Shown here piece after piece: positions 24,447-37,161 of a stretch of DNA of 64,000 nucleotides. Made by a program: the position numbers and the translations under genes. The notes beneath the pieces were generated by a model. That model saw only the letters and a list, made by a program, of their open reading frames with translations. It had not been told where the DNA came from and made no database searches. The stretch comes from Proteromonas lacertae (taxonomy: Eukaryota). How positions within the stretch are numbered: the first letter of the stretch is position 1; each line of letters starts with the position of its first letter. The DNA lies in contig NGBS01000015.1 in NCBI GenBank assembly GCA_002245135.1, forward strand, positions 62,001 through 126,000. Reading direction: 5' to 3'.

Positions 24447-25834
24447 TTAAACTAAAGATGAATCATTATTATTCTTCTTTTCTTCAGCAGCAATTTTCTT
24501 ATATCTTTCAATAGCTGCTTTCTTTGCTGCTTCTCTATCAGCAATTGCTTGTGCAGTTGATCTACTTTCAGAAACAGGAGGTAAGTCGACTAATGTATAA
24601 CCTGGACCACTGAATAATGATCCACCATTCTTATTAGATGCACTTCTATTACCAGAATGATTAGAATTGTAAGTCCCTCCATCATTTGTCACATAACTAT
24701 AAACATTATATTAATATATATTATGAAATATAAGAAAAGTGAAGTAATAATAATAAAAATAAAATATAAAATAAAAATACTTAGAAGAATTATATCGATA
24801 TTTTGATCGATAAAAAAACTTATTTCTATATTTATAAATAGTTTTAATATGCTTATAAATATTAATAATTATACGATTGATTATCATGTAAATCATCATA
24901 ATCCATGTTATTAACAGAATCCATTGGAATATAATATGGTAATGAATAAATATATTGATAATATGGATGATTTTCAACAGCACTTAATAAGGAAGGTGAA
25001 ACCTCCATGAATTTAAACCAACCAGCAGAATCTATAAATATAATATAATATAATCAATATTATTATTATTATATATAAATATATATACACATATAACCCA
25101 ATGAAATAGCTGTAAAGAAATAAAAACCTGATGGAACATTTAAAGCCAAAAACAGTAAGAATGGTAATGCAAAAACCAGTGGAATGTATTTACTCTTAAT
25201 TTGTACAGGAAAGCAACATAATCTATTAGAATAATACAATAATACAGGTGTATTAATACTGTCTTGGAGTTTCAGGATCTTTGCATGATTGTAATACAAA
25301 TAATATTATAATAACTGACATTGGTCCAGAAGCACCATTTTCATAATATATCTTAGAATCCCATATTGATGTTATAATAGTCATTATCATTAGATATGAA
25401 ACTGAGAGTAATGAATAGAAGTAAACTAGCATTATTACTAGATAAGTACTTCCGTACATTTGTTCCATGGATTTACCAAATATATAGAGGAGATAGACTG
25501 TTATTAATCCATCTAAAATTCCCATTACACAGAATGGTGAAGTAAATATTCTCCAATCTATGAATATGATATACAAAAAAATTAAATTACATTGATAATA
25601 ATATAAAACTCTTCCTGGGACTAAAGTAAAATACTTCTCAACAAAATCGTAGAATATGAAACCAAACTATCAGTATATACCATAATACTATATAATAATT
25701 TATACAATTGCTAAGGCAATGTATAGTTGCATAAGAAATCGAGTAATAGCAGGAGTTTTCTCACACCAATCATTATACCATCGTGTTACAGGGTTTTCGT
25801 CTGTATTACTGTTACTTTGATTATCTCCACTCAT
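24447..25834 (-). CDS. Rhomboid-superfamily membrane protein, probably catalytically inactive
   Basis: TPAITR, WRIFTSPF, G.SME..YGS, NGASG, IKSKYIP. The usual TM6 His position reads FYFFTAISLGY. Confidence 0.7.
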
Positions 25835-26018
25835 TCTTGTATATTATAATTTCTGAAATAAAGAGAAAAAAAGAAGAAGATGTTTTTATGGTATTATTTT
25901 TCACACAAAATTTTTGAATCACCCCAAAAAATAAAAAATCACAATTAAATGTTCAAGCAAATTAAAATATGTATTAAATAAATATATAACACTATGAGTA
26001 CGTAAAATCTAAGAATAC

Positions 26019-27107
26019 TAATCACTTTTTTCTTCCTTTCTTTCACCTCTTTCATAAGAAATATGTTCATTTTTATTGTTCATATAAACACACTTCTCCA
26101 CTAAAGGATTACACCCAGGTTTAACTGCCTACAATAGGTAATTCAGCTTTGACCTGAAAACGGTTCATTTTCTTTGACTTTTTCACAGTGAAATACTTAT
26201 TATCAAATGTGTCAATAATATTACTCATCATTGTCACTTTCTGAGGTCGTAAATCATTACTTAAATAAAAATCAAATAAATAAGGTGGTGGTAAGTTAAA
26301 TAAATATCTATAGAGCTTATGAAACATTGATTCACGAGGGAATGATACATTTTTTATATCACTTTTATCATCGATTTTATCAATTATTCTATTTCTATTT
26401 TTTATATTTTTAAACAAACTCTTTCCTATAATTCCACCTCTAAATAGATCCTTTAGATCTTTTATTCGGCTTTTAAATATTTTACTATGTTTGTATATGT
26501 CTATAATATCGTCAAATTCGATTGTTTCTTTTTCACTATTTTATGAATTATTATTCATTAAAATATACTTTGTATGAGCTGTGAACATAACCATTGAATC
26601 TTTGAATTCTATACCACTCACTATACTCATAAATCTGCTATAATCATCCTAATTGATAATTATATTAAACTATTAATAAATACTCTATGCAGTGATTGGT
26701 ACGGTGATATATTTATGCTTTTCAATAGCAATTTACATGTTTCTTTAAATGGGAAAAATGCTAACATCACTACAATTGTGAAAAATGTGTTCCAGTCTAA
26801 TTTACCATCTAAAAATTAAATGAATGGCTATACCTAATTTTTCAAATATTGAATACAAGATAGAAATCGATTGCGCTCCTTCTAGCTGAAGAATTGAAGA
26901 AACTGAAATCTGTGAACTTCTTTGTCTATAAATGTTAACATGCGCATTTATACGATGGTTTCTTTGAACAGAAAAATCTGTATATCCGAAGGATCTCAAA
27001 TTGATTTACTATCACGTTAATAATTACTATATACAATAAAACATCTCAGCAAGCATTTTTGCTTCGTCTTTCAACTCCACACTCTCCGGTTCCACTTTAT
27101 TCTTCAT
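26019..27107 (-). CDS. Hypothetical protein with degenerate EF-hand-like segments
   Basis: A continuous frame can be built through five short GT-AG introns; FEKLDGKLDWNTFF; C-terminal LFNLPPPYLFDFY. Confidence 0.5.
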
Positions 27108-27600
27108 TATTGAAGATTCAAAATAATTTAACGAATATGAGTTTTTGATTATCAAGGAGTAAGACAAGTATAGTGATTTTTTAATTTGAAGTTTGAAAAA
27201 GAATAACACGTGCATTCTAACTATATTTTCTTTCTCAAAATCATATTTATTTGATACATTTCTATTTATGGAGTAAAAATGAAGAGAGAATGTCATTATC
27301 TCTAATATTGATGTGTATAGATAATAAAATGGCATTTATATTTCTAAATAGTAATTTTATTACAGTTTAATGAACCAATTTCAATTGGTGAGGTAAAATT
27401 CAAGAGAAGAAAACTTCATCTCTCATATTCTCCTATTAGCTTATGTAATAGATAAATTTATTTTTTGAAGATTAATTGTTGATTTTATAATCCATCAAAA
27501 AGTAATTTTACGATAGAATTCTTTGAATTTCTAAACAAGCTTGATTCCTTTTCAAACCAAGCCAAACTATTTTAAAAATAAATATTAAAAAAAACGATTT

Positions 27601-29764
27601 ATGAGTGGTTGGTATAGCTTTTCAATATTATGCAATAGGTTCGCTGAAGATAAACCATCTGTAGGTGATGAAGTAACACAGGTTTTACCATTTCAAGTTG
27701 AAGAAGAGTATAATTCCATTTTTTATAATGTATAGGGAAAAGAAAACTGAAATTGATGTTCCAGAACAATATGATGAACCAAATGAAGGAGATCTAGCAT
27801 TGGATGATTACAATCCTGACAGTATTGTTTATGGTATAATATAATAGCTGATGATTTATGGGAAGGTCCATTAGATGGAGATTATGATTTTGATGAACAA
27901 GCAATTGACAGAAAACTCCACAATAGAAAAAATCCAATTCAAATTCCAGAAGAAGCTCAGCATCCTGAATTGCAAGATAGAAAAGAAAGTGAGTCAAAAG
28001 AAGAAACATTAGTACCAGCTGTAATAACTCGAACTCCCAATAGACCTGAAAGAAAAGCACCTTCAGGTCCAAAACCACCACCTGGTGCTCCAAGAGGACC
28101 TCCCAGTGCTCCAAGAGGTCCTGCTCGACCACAAGTTGGCAGAGGCCGTCCAATGGGAAGGGCACGACCAATTCCAGGTCAATCTAGACCACAACCACCA
28201 CCTCAACCACAATTACAGCCACAATTACAGGAATATAAAATGTCAGAACAACCTGCACCTCAACCATCACCTTCTCCACCTTCATATATCCATAATGCAG
28301 CACCTCAACCACATTTAGAACCAGTAATTCAACAACCAATCTACCAACAACCTATTATACAACAACCACAACCACAACCACCAATAGAAGAACCAATAAA
28401 ACCCAAATTACAAATCCAAAGTCAGGCAATAATAGAATCAACATATGAAGAGAAGAAAGATGATGTGATATTACATCCCCAACCACCTCCTACACAGCCA
28501 CCATCACAATTACAACAGCAGCAAATGTTATATCAAGTTCCAATACAGCAACAACAGGTAGTAATACAAAATCCAGCTCCAAAGATTATACATCATGTAC
28601 AAGAAGTGATATTTGGTGAAATATCCATACCTCCAGTGGAGAAAAAACCTGTACAACCTGTACAACCTCAACAACCAGTGCAACAACAACAACAACCACA
28701 GCAAATAGAACAACAGAAACAACCACCAAAACAGAAACATCAAACAATAATCAACAAATCATTTCAACAACCTCCTCCACCACCACAACCATCTTCATTC
28801 TTTGATTCTAAGGATATGAATGAAAGTGGAATGGTTGATGGTGAACCACTAATCTCACCATTTGAACCAACACCACAATTTCATGAAGGTAAAGAAGAAA
28901 CAAAAGAAACACATATTTCACCACCTCCTCCAATGATGAAACAACAAATAAAATTTACAGTATATATTTATATATTATTATGTATTTATATAGAATCATA
29001 ATACCCCTAAAGGTCCTGAATTATTAATGACATTCCCAGGTACAATTCAATGTACTTTAACAAGAATGAAAAAGAATATATTAATGTCAGTAACAGAATA
29101 TCAATTAGCAATGTCACTAGAGAATGGTGATGAACAATTATTGATGGTCGCATTGAAACAAGCTTGTCGTACACCAAACTATCATATATTTGATATGACA
29201 AATAGTAATACAACAGATCATACAAAATTGAGTAAAAAAGATGGTAATTATTTAGGTAAATTAAGATGTAATTTTACTGGTTCAGAATCAGTGATTTATG
29301 GTAATTCTTTACTAGATATTGAAGATAAATTCAAACCAGAGTTTGGAGCTGGTAGATTTATAAAACCTCCTACTAGAAAGACTGAAAATAGATCAGCTCA
29401 ACCAAGAAAGATAGATATTCTATTACCTGCTGTATCTTCTGATAGGAGAGTCATTCCACATAAGCCTACAAGAGAAGCTGATACGTTATTGAGTAGAGTG
29501 ACTGATTTACAACATATTCCAGATGGGTATTATTTGTTGCATAATAAGGCACCTGTATTTACACAAGGATCATATAGATTGAATTTTAATGGTCGTGTGA
29601 ATGTGTCTTCTGTTAAGAATTTTCAACTTGTTATGCAAGGTAATGTGGATACAGTGCTTTTACAGTTTGGTAAAGTGGATGATCAACATTTTCATTTAGA
29701 TTTTTCTTCGCCTTTTTCTCCATTTCAAGCATTTTGTATTGCATTGTGTCAATTTATATATTAA
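27601..29764 (+). CDS. Tubby-like protein with long Pro/Gln-rich N-terminus
   Basis: YLGKLRCNFTG, LHNKAP, YRLNFNGRVNVSSVKNFQL, LQFGKV, FHLDF..PFSPFQAFCIAL; four short introns give a continuous frame. Confidence 0.88.
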
Positions 29765-29991
29765 CTAATAGAATGAATATATTTTTATTGTTTAATTGAG
29801 GAAATAATTTGAAAATATGAAAATGAGACTCAAACTGTTGGCTTGATTTCTATATTTAATCATTTGTTTATTTAGAGGTATATATCAATCTATTTGCATT
29901 AATTACATATATATATTTTTATTTGGACATTTTTCTATTCATTTTAAATACGTCATTCTATTTATTTTCAATTGTACTATATTTTATAGAA

Positions 29992-30373
29992 ATGAATTCT
30001 ATCAGAGCTGTATCACGATTAGCAATGGTATCTAGACGTTTACCAAAAACTGTCGTAATAGTTCGTCCATTTTCTAAAGCAGCATTAGAAACAGTTGATC
30101 CTAACGCAAAAAAACAAGCAGTACCACCTCCACCTCCTCCTCCAAAAGACTAAGAGTGGATCACGTAAACAAAGAATCAATACATTCCTTCTTGGATTTG
30201 GTTTAGCTGCTGTTTGCTTTTTCTATGAATTAGGAAGTTCATTATGGAAATCAACCCAACAGATGGATGTTGCTGTAGCTGGACTAAGATCTGACGTAGT
30301 ACAAGCTAATGCAAAACTACAAGAAAGAGTAACTATATTAGAAAAGGAAGTAAAAAAATTACAAGGTAACTAA
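29992..30373 (+). CDS. Small putative mitochondrial/MRO single-pass membrane protein with coiled coil
   Basis: Arg/Ser-rich presequence-like MNSIRAVSRLAMVSRRL, TM FLLGFGLAAVCFFY, heptad tail. +1 shift in an A-run at about 30146. Confidence 0.6.
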
Positions 30374-30495
30374 AAATCCGTCAATTTATTATTATTGTTT
30401 ATATTCTATCTTGCTGTTGTTTTAAAAATCACTCATTAAAACAAAAATATATAAAATAGCCAAAGATATTATTTTTATTATTATTATTTCCAGTT

Positions 30496-32088
30496 TTACA
30501 ATTTAGCAGCACCTTCACCAGCAATTCTTCCAAATACTACACATTCCATCAAACTAGCGCCAGCCAATCTATTAGCACCATGCAATCCACCAGTAACTTC
30601 ACCAGCACCATATAAACCAACAATTGGATTACCTTCAGTGTTTAATACCTCACAATTCGTATTAATCTTTACACCACCCATTGTATAATGTAAAGAAGGA
30701 GTAACAATACCATAATCTATTAATAATATAATAATATATATATACAATATGGGCCATTTATATCAAATGTATTTGGAAATACTGTCTTGTCAAATTCATC
30801 ATGTTTTTTTTCAACCGAATCAATATATTTCTTAATTGTATTAGTCAAAGCATCCTCAGGTATTTTAGTCTTTTCACATAATTCTTTGATACTTTCCACT
30901 TTATTAATTAGTGATTTTGACATATAGAATCCTATATCACCTCTTCCTAATAATTCCACCATAGTATCACTCAATATTACATAGGCAGATGGATAATGAG
31001 TTTTTATACCATCTTTTACTTCAATTGCTTCACAATTCTGTTGAATTCCTTTTGTCACTGCATCTCTAGTATTTAATTCGTTAATAAACCTTAAACCTTT
31101 TGTATTGACTAAAATACCACCTACACCTCTTAAAGCCTCAGGAGCTAAGAATTTGGTTGTATTATTAACATCATTAGGATCAACAAATCCAGTAGGATGT
31201 AATTGTACTTGATCCATTAAGGTTAATTGTGCACCAATCTTTCTAGCTAATTTTACACCATCACCTGTTGCGAATGGACCATTTGTAGTTGGTAAATCTG
31301 CAATTTGTGGAACAAACTCTTTTAATAAACTGTCTTCTGTATGATCATTAGCATACCCACCACTTGCAAGTATAACAGCATTAGCATTAAGTGTAATGAG
31401 TTTATTTTCTTCATTTTCATATTCTACACCTATTACATGCTTTGATTCATCTTGTAATAATTGTTTTACACAGCAACCACATAATACCTTACAGTTTGGT
31501 CGACTTTCTACTTCTTTACGTAATGTACTGACTACAGTCCATCCAACTGGCGGTGCTTTTCCTTGTGCATCTTTTACAAAACGATGAGTTCTTGGAAACT
31601 ATATTTTACATATATATATGACAATTATACTGAATGACCTCCACATTGTAATACTGTGCCTAATATTAATCCATGTTTGTCTAAGAAATCAATAGCTGAA
31701 CTGGAGTGAGAAGTTGCTAAATCAACAATATCTGGTAAACTTTTGCCTTGACCTGATCTACATAATTATTATGATTATGTATATTGTAAATAGTTATACT
31801 TTAATAAATCTTTATTATAAGCTTCATTAGTATCTGCAATACCCTTTTCTGCTTGATAATGAGTTTCACTACAACTGATTCCTGAGGATGCTTTGGTTGA
31901 ATTACCTCCTCCACTATATTAAAAATATTCTTACTTTTTTATACCGTTTATCTTTCTCTATTACTGTTACATTAGCTCCATTATCACTAGCTTCAATAGC
32001 AGCACATAAAGCAGCTAATCCACTTCCAACGACGATTACATTATGAGTTCCTGTTTTAGATTAGCAATCAAGTATTTATACCAGACAT
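30496..32088 (-). CDS. Soluble FAD-dependent fumarate reductase (flavocytochrome c/Osm1-like flavoprotein)
   Basis: [58 protein letters not shown]; five short introns. Confidence 0.9.
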
Positions 32089-32174
32089 TTGAGGCTTTTA
32101 AACGAAAAGAAGGTTCTTCGGTTTTCTGGTATTTTGGACTATATTTCAATTTTTCTCATCATATAAAGCGATAA

Positions 32175-33352
32175 ATGTCAAGTGAAACACGAGTTAGGTA
32201 TTTATTTCCATATTATAATATAATAGAGGTAAGAGAGCTACAATGGGCACTTGTCCAATCTGTCTTGAGGAATATCCAATGGCTACATTACCACAACATG
32301 CTGAAATATGTGCATCTAGGAAATTTGATCCTGATCCAGTAGGTGGTGATGATTCAGAAGGTATTATTATTAATATTATCTGTAGATGAGATGTATAGAA
32401 GACCACCTAAAAAATATGCATCACCACCAACTAGAAGAATGGAAAAGAAAGTAAAACCAGTTTTGACTCTACCAGCTCCACATATAGCTCCAGGAAATAA
32501 GTATAGAGAACTTTAATATATAATTTAAATAGCAATCAACCAGTTCGTATAGAAAATTACACAATAATCCCACTAACTACAACAGCAGAAGATAATGAGA
32601 ATATTAAGAAGAATGAAGTATTAGCAAACACAATATCACTAAAAACAGTAAGTGAAGCAACCAATGCATTTCAAGAAGAAACAATATCATCATATACAAG
32701 CCAATGTCGAACAGAAATAGCCAAATTATTACATACCTTTTCAAATGGTAAATATAAATTAAGTGAAATACATAGTTTTGTAGATGATGTATATTATAAT
32801 ACTCGTACAATTCCTAAATTTCTATATATTTTTTATAACATCTTATTATATAAAGTGGAAGGTGTACCAGATACTTCAATTTCAATATTTTTAGGATATT
32901 TATTTCAATGTCAGAATTATTATTTAAATAATCTTGAAATTATGTTGAATATTGATTTAAGTAAATATAAAAATGATAGAAATATTGAAGAAGATAATGA
33001 TATAGATACAGTTAAAGAATCAGTTAGTTTATCAATAAAAGATGAAAATAATAAAGATTTTACATTCAATTTTGATGAAATTATACAAATTTTAGAAAAT
33101 ATTCAAAAAATCATACCAACAGCTTATACAAATCCAATATCAGAAGGAATATGGAATATTTTAATGAATAAAATACAACGTACATATTCTAAGGAGATAT
33201 TAGCTGAATTTTTAATGAACTTAGAGAAATTGAGTATATGTAATGATGATGAAGAATATAATACTATATGTAATGAAATTAAATCATCACTGGGTGATTC
33301 AATATATGAAGATTTATGCAAATTATTTATATTTGAATCTAATAAGGAATAA
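32175..33352 (+). CDS. Protein with N-terminal UBZ-like zinc finger and helical C-terminal domain
   Basis: Spliced frame gives TCPICLEEYPMATLPQHAEIC and continues into ORF 32855..33352. Confidence 0.55.
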
Positions 33353-33403
33353 TAATAAACACATTTATTTTTATAATAATTAATTAGTTTTTGTACAGTG
33401 TGT

Positions 33404-33946
33404 TTATATGAATTCAGTCACTTCTTCAATTGGTTTTCTGGGATATAATTGATCTACTTTACCATGCCCCACTGGCATAGCAACAACTGGATTTATAGTA
33501 TTATCATTCAATACTTTTGCTACACCTGGCAAATCCGCACCAACTATACTACTATCTAAATAAACATGAAAAATATAAAAATAATACTCCATCCTAAGGC
33601 ATGAGCAGATAATTGAGCATAAGCAGCAGCGAATACTGCGTCTGTCTTACCAAGATCACTACTTTTCAATCCACTGAATACGATATAACTGGAGCTGTAG
33701 CTATCCAGGATTGATTATAAACTGCAGATGCAAATTTCTTCTTCATTTCTTCTTTTTGAATAACTGTTATCTTGTAGTCTTGCTCATAGCCATATGGCGC
33801 TCTAATAGCATCTTCCAGTATTGCCATTATCTCTTCTTTCGATATTGTTTCATTTTTATACCTATAAACCATCACTAATATACATTGACATACATCTTAA
33901 CTGAATGACGACTATGTGCTAGCTCTGAAAAGGCTGTTTTTATCAT
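33404..33946 (-). CDS. Nitroreductase-family flavoprotein, copy 1
   Basis: SRHSVK, ILEDAIRAP, QSWIATAPV, DAVFAAAYAQLSAHALGW, PVGH...RKPIEEV. Two introns; 1-nt deletion at about 33683. Confidence 0.82.
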
Positions 33947-34141
33947 TTTAGTTGAATTGTTATATATATGGATGTTTGATAAGCTTAGACAGAAAACTTC
34001 ACAATAGAAGTATAACTATATATAAATTAATCTAATATCAAATACAAATAAGAAGATTAATTGTTTATTCGTTTCAAGTTTTGTGTTTTTGTTAAATCTC
34101 AAACAAACCAACATCAAACCTATTCTCTATTTATTTATCAT

Positions 34142-34681
34142 TTATTTAAACTCTACAATTTCATTTTCTGGTTTTCTTGATGCTATTCCATCTGGCTCAC
34201 CATGTCCTACTGGAATTACACAAACATTATGTAAAGAAGAATCACCTAGTATTTTACCTACATCAGGTTGACCACCAACCCAACAAGCATCTAATAATTA
34301 TAAATATAGAATATATATATACTCCATCCTAATGCTTGAGCTGATAATTGAGCATAACTAGCAGCTATAGTAGCATCTGTTTTGCCATAGCTATTATCCA
34401 GTCCACTAAATACAAACAAGACTGGAGCAGTTGCTATCCACATCTGACTGTAAATTGCTGAAGCAATCTTTTCTTTAAGTGCTTGATCTTTTACTACAGT
34501 AATTCGGTATTTTTGTTGATTCAGAGCAGAAGGAGCTCTTTGTGCATCTCCCAATATTGTCTTTATTACATCGTCTGGTATATTTTCTTTCTTAAAACTA
34601 TTACCAATAATTTTATTTTCGACAATACCTTCTTACTGAATGACGATTATGGACTAATTCTGAAAAAGCAGATTTAAGCAT
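34142..34681 (-). CDS. Nitroreductase-family flavoprotein, copy 2
   Basis: NRHSVRSF, AQRAPSALNQQ, QMWIATAPV, DATIAASYAQLSAQALGW.ACWVGG, IPVGH...RKP; two introns. Confidence 0.9.
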
Positions 34682-34883
34682 TGTTGATATATTACTCTTA
34701 TATTCAATATTCACAAGTTCACAGGAACAAAATTCACAAAGGAATAATATCTATTCAAAATAATACACACATCATACAAAAAACAGAAACAATCTTTCTC
34801 AAAATGTGAAACGAATTTATTTTTTAAATCATCAAACTAGTAATCAAACCAAACCCGCCTTTCAAATTTAAAAATTCAATAGA

Positions 34884-37074
34884 ATGCAAACCCCGAAATC
34901 CAGAAGATTAAGTGCTGCAACATTTTCTCCACCTTCTGGTGGTAGTTCTCAGTCAATAGAATCATCGCCAGCCAGTAACAGGGGATCTCCTTCAAAAATA
35001 AATGAAAGAAAAGAAAGAGAAGAGAGGTATTGCCAAATTATAATTTTATAGGAGAAAATCAACTTTAGAAGTGCAAAGAAGAAAGTCATTCGCAGCTGCT
35101 CCAGAAGACTCTCCAGTAGTTTCTCAAGAAAAGGTTGCATCAATGTACAGTCAAATTATAAAAATGTCACAGGAAAATGTATTAAAATATTATATAATTA
35201 TTAATAAATAGAAAATCAACCAGAAGAACACTTGGAATTTACATTTAATCGATTATATGAAAGATGTCATAAACGAAGATGGTGAGCAAACCAATTTTCA
35301 AAAAGCAAGTTGTACTTTAGATGCAAGTGTGAAGATCTACGGTTATAGAGTGGATGATACATTATATTCGTCATTCAGAGTATTAGAAAACTTAAATAGA
35401 AATGAAACAGAGACAGAACAAGTGACTAAAAAAGTCCAAGAAAAAGATAAAAGTTCCAAATTACATGTTACTGAAACAATCGAAAAAAATATAAATAATT
35501 TAAATATTAAAGATTTTGGATTAATGAAAGTAGTAGATCCTTTATTTAAACATATGAGCAAACTGTTTGATGCTGGTGGTACAAAGGGAATGTTGTTGAA
35601 TAATTTACAATGTTATAATGGTTGTACATTAATATTTGATTCTAATGAAGATATTAAAAAGTTAGAAAATGAAGATAAAAATGGTATAATATATATATAT
35701 TAATATGTATTAGAAGAAGGTATTAATATTGAGATAGATGATGACGATATTAATTTAATAAATAATATGATAAGCAATAATAATAACATTGATATCTGTC
35801 CAGAATTAAACGAATTAAGAGATGAAAGTGGTGTAGAAAAGAAATTAAGAGTATATATATATATATATATATATATTTATTATTATTATTATAGCCATCA
35901 TTAATTAACACTGAACCAACTCAAGTTGAATATGAAGCTGATGAATCTGTATATAATAATAACAATAATAATACAATTGACTTTGATGATGATAATGACA
36001 ATGATAATATACCAATTATGAATGATAATGATTATGATGGTGATAATGATAATGAAGTAGAAGAATACGAGACAAATAATAATAACCATAATAAAGATAA
36101 ACAAAATAGTAATTGTATTAATATATGTTTATATTAATTTATTTATATTAGATCCTGAGTTTGTTTCAATTATTGATAAAATTAGTGAATATGGATATGT
36201 CAATACACAAGCTATTTCATCCTTAAATGAATGGAAATTTAAAAAATCAAAGAATACATCTTCATCCTCAACAACAGGAATAAAATCAAAATTAGATAAA
36301 ACAAAAAAGCAAGAAAAAGAGAGAAAAACAAATATGATAGACTTCACATCTGAATTTACAAAAACAACTTTTAATATACTAAAATCAACTAATAAAAAGA
36401 AAAATGATTCAGTTTTTACACATCATTTACTACCTGAAACACCTTATGATCCAAAGAACTTAATAAAATTCTTCTTAATTCCCAATTTAACACTCAAAAT
36501 AAACGCTTTAGATAATTATTCAAACACTATTAATTCTACAGATAACAATTTAAATGAATATCAATATAATAATGAACTAGACTCAAATTATATCGCCCCA
36601 ACTGATATGATGATGGATGATGATGATGATGATGATGATATTAATATGAATAATAACACGACAATCAATAATACATCAACATTAATAAATATGAGTCAAA
36701 ATATCGTTCATAATGAGATCAATATCCATGATTTAGTAGCTCCTGATCATATTGTTAGAAGTATTGATATAAAGTACGCTAAACAAGCGTCTAATGTAGA
36801 TGTAAGGAAATTAAAATCTACTATTTGGAAAGTGATTGATGAAGGAATTAAAGAAGAAATGGAGGATAATAATAAAGTAGAATTGTCACTGTCAAACACA
36901 TTGAAACATATAAATGTAAATAATTTGAAAGAGAAACCGTTAAATCCTCCCAAACAGAATAGTTCATCTGTTGCATTTAGTTTTATTTGTTTACTGCATT
37001 TGGCAAATGAAAAAGGCTTGACTTTAGAGAATGAATCTGATCTATCTGATGTTAAAATTATTGAAATTCATTAA
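34884..37074 (+). CDS. NCAPH: Condensin complex kleisin subunit H (Barren/Brn1)
   Basis: KINQKNTW, NFQKASCTLDASVKIYGYRVD, VDPLF, VDVRKLK, FICLLHLANEKGLTL. Confidence 0.92.
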
Positions 37075-37161
37075 TATATATATTATGTAGTATTGATTGA
37101 TGTTTTGTGTGTGAAAAAACAAAAAATATGAATATTGAAACGGATCTATTTTCATCAAATA

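Noticed and set aside
24698..24874. Apparently long intron that might host a snoRNA
   Set aside because: It contains an in-frame 45-nt exon flanked by AG/GT and no clear C/D or H/ACA boxes.
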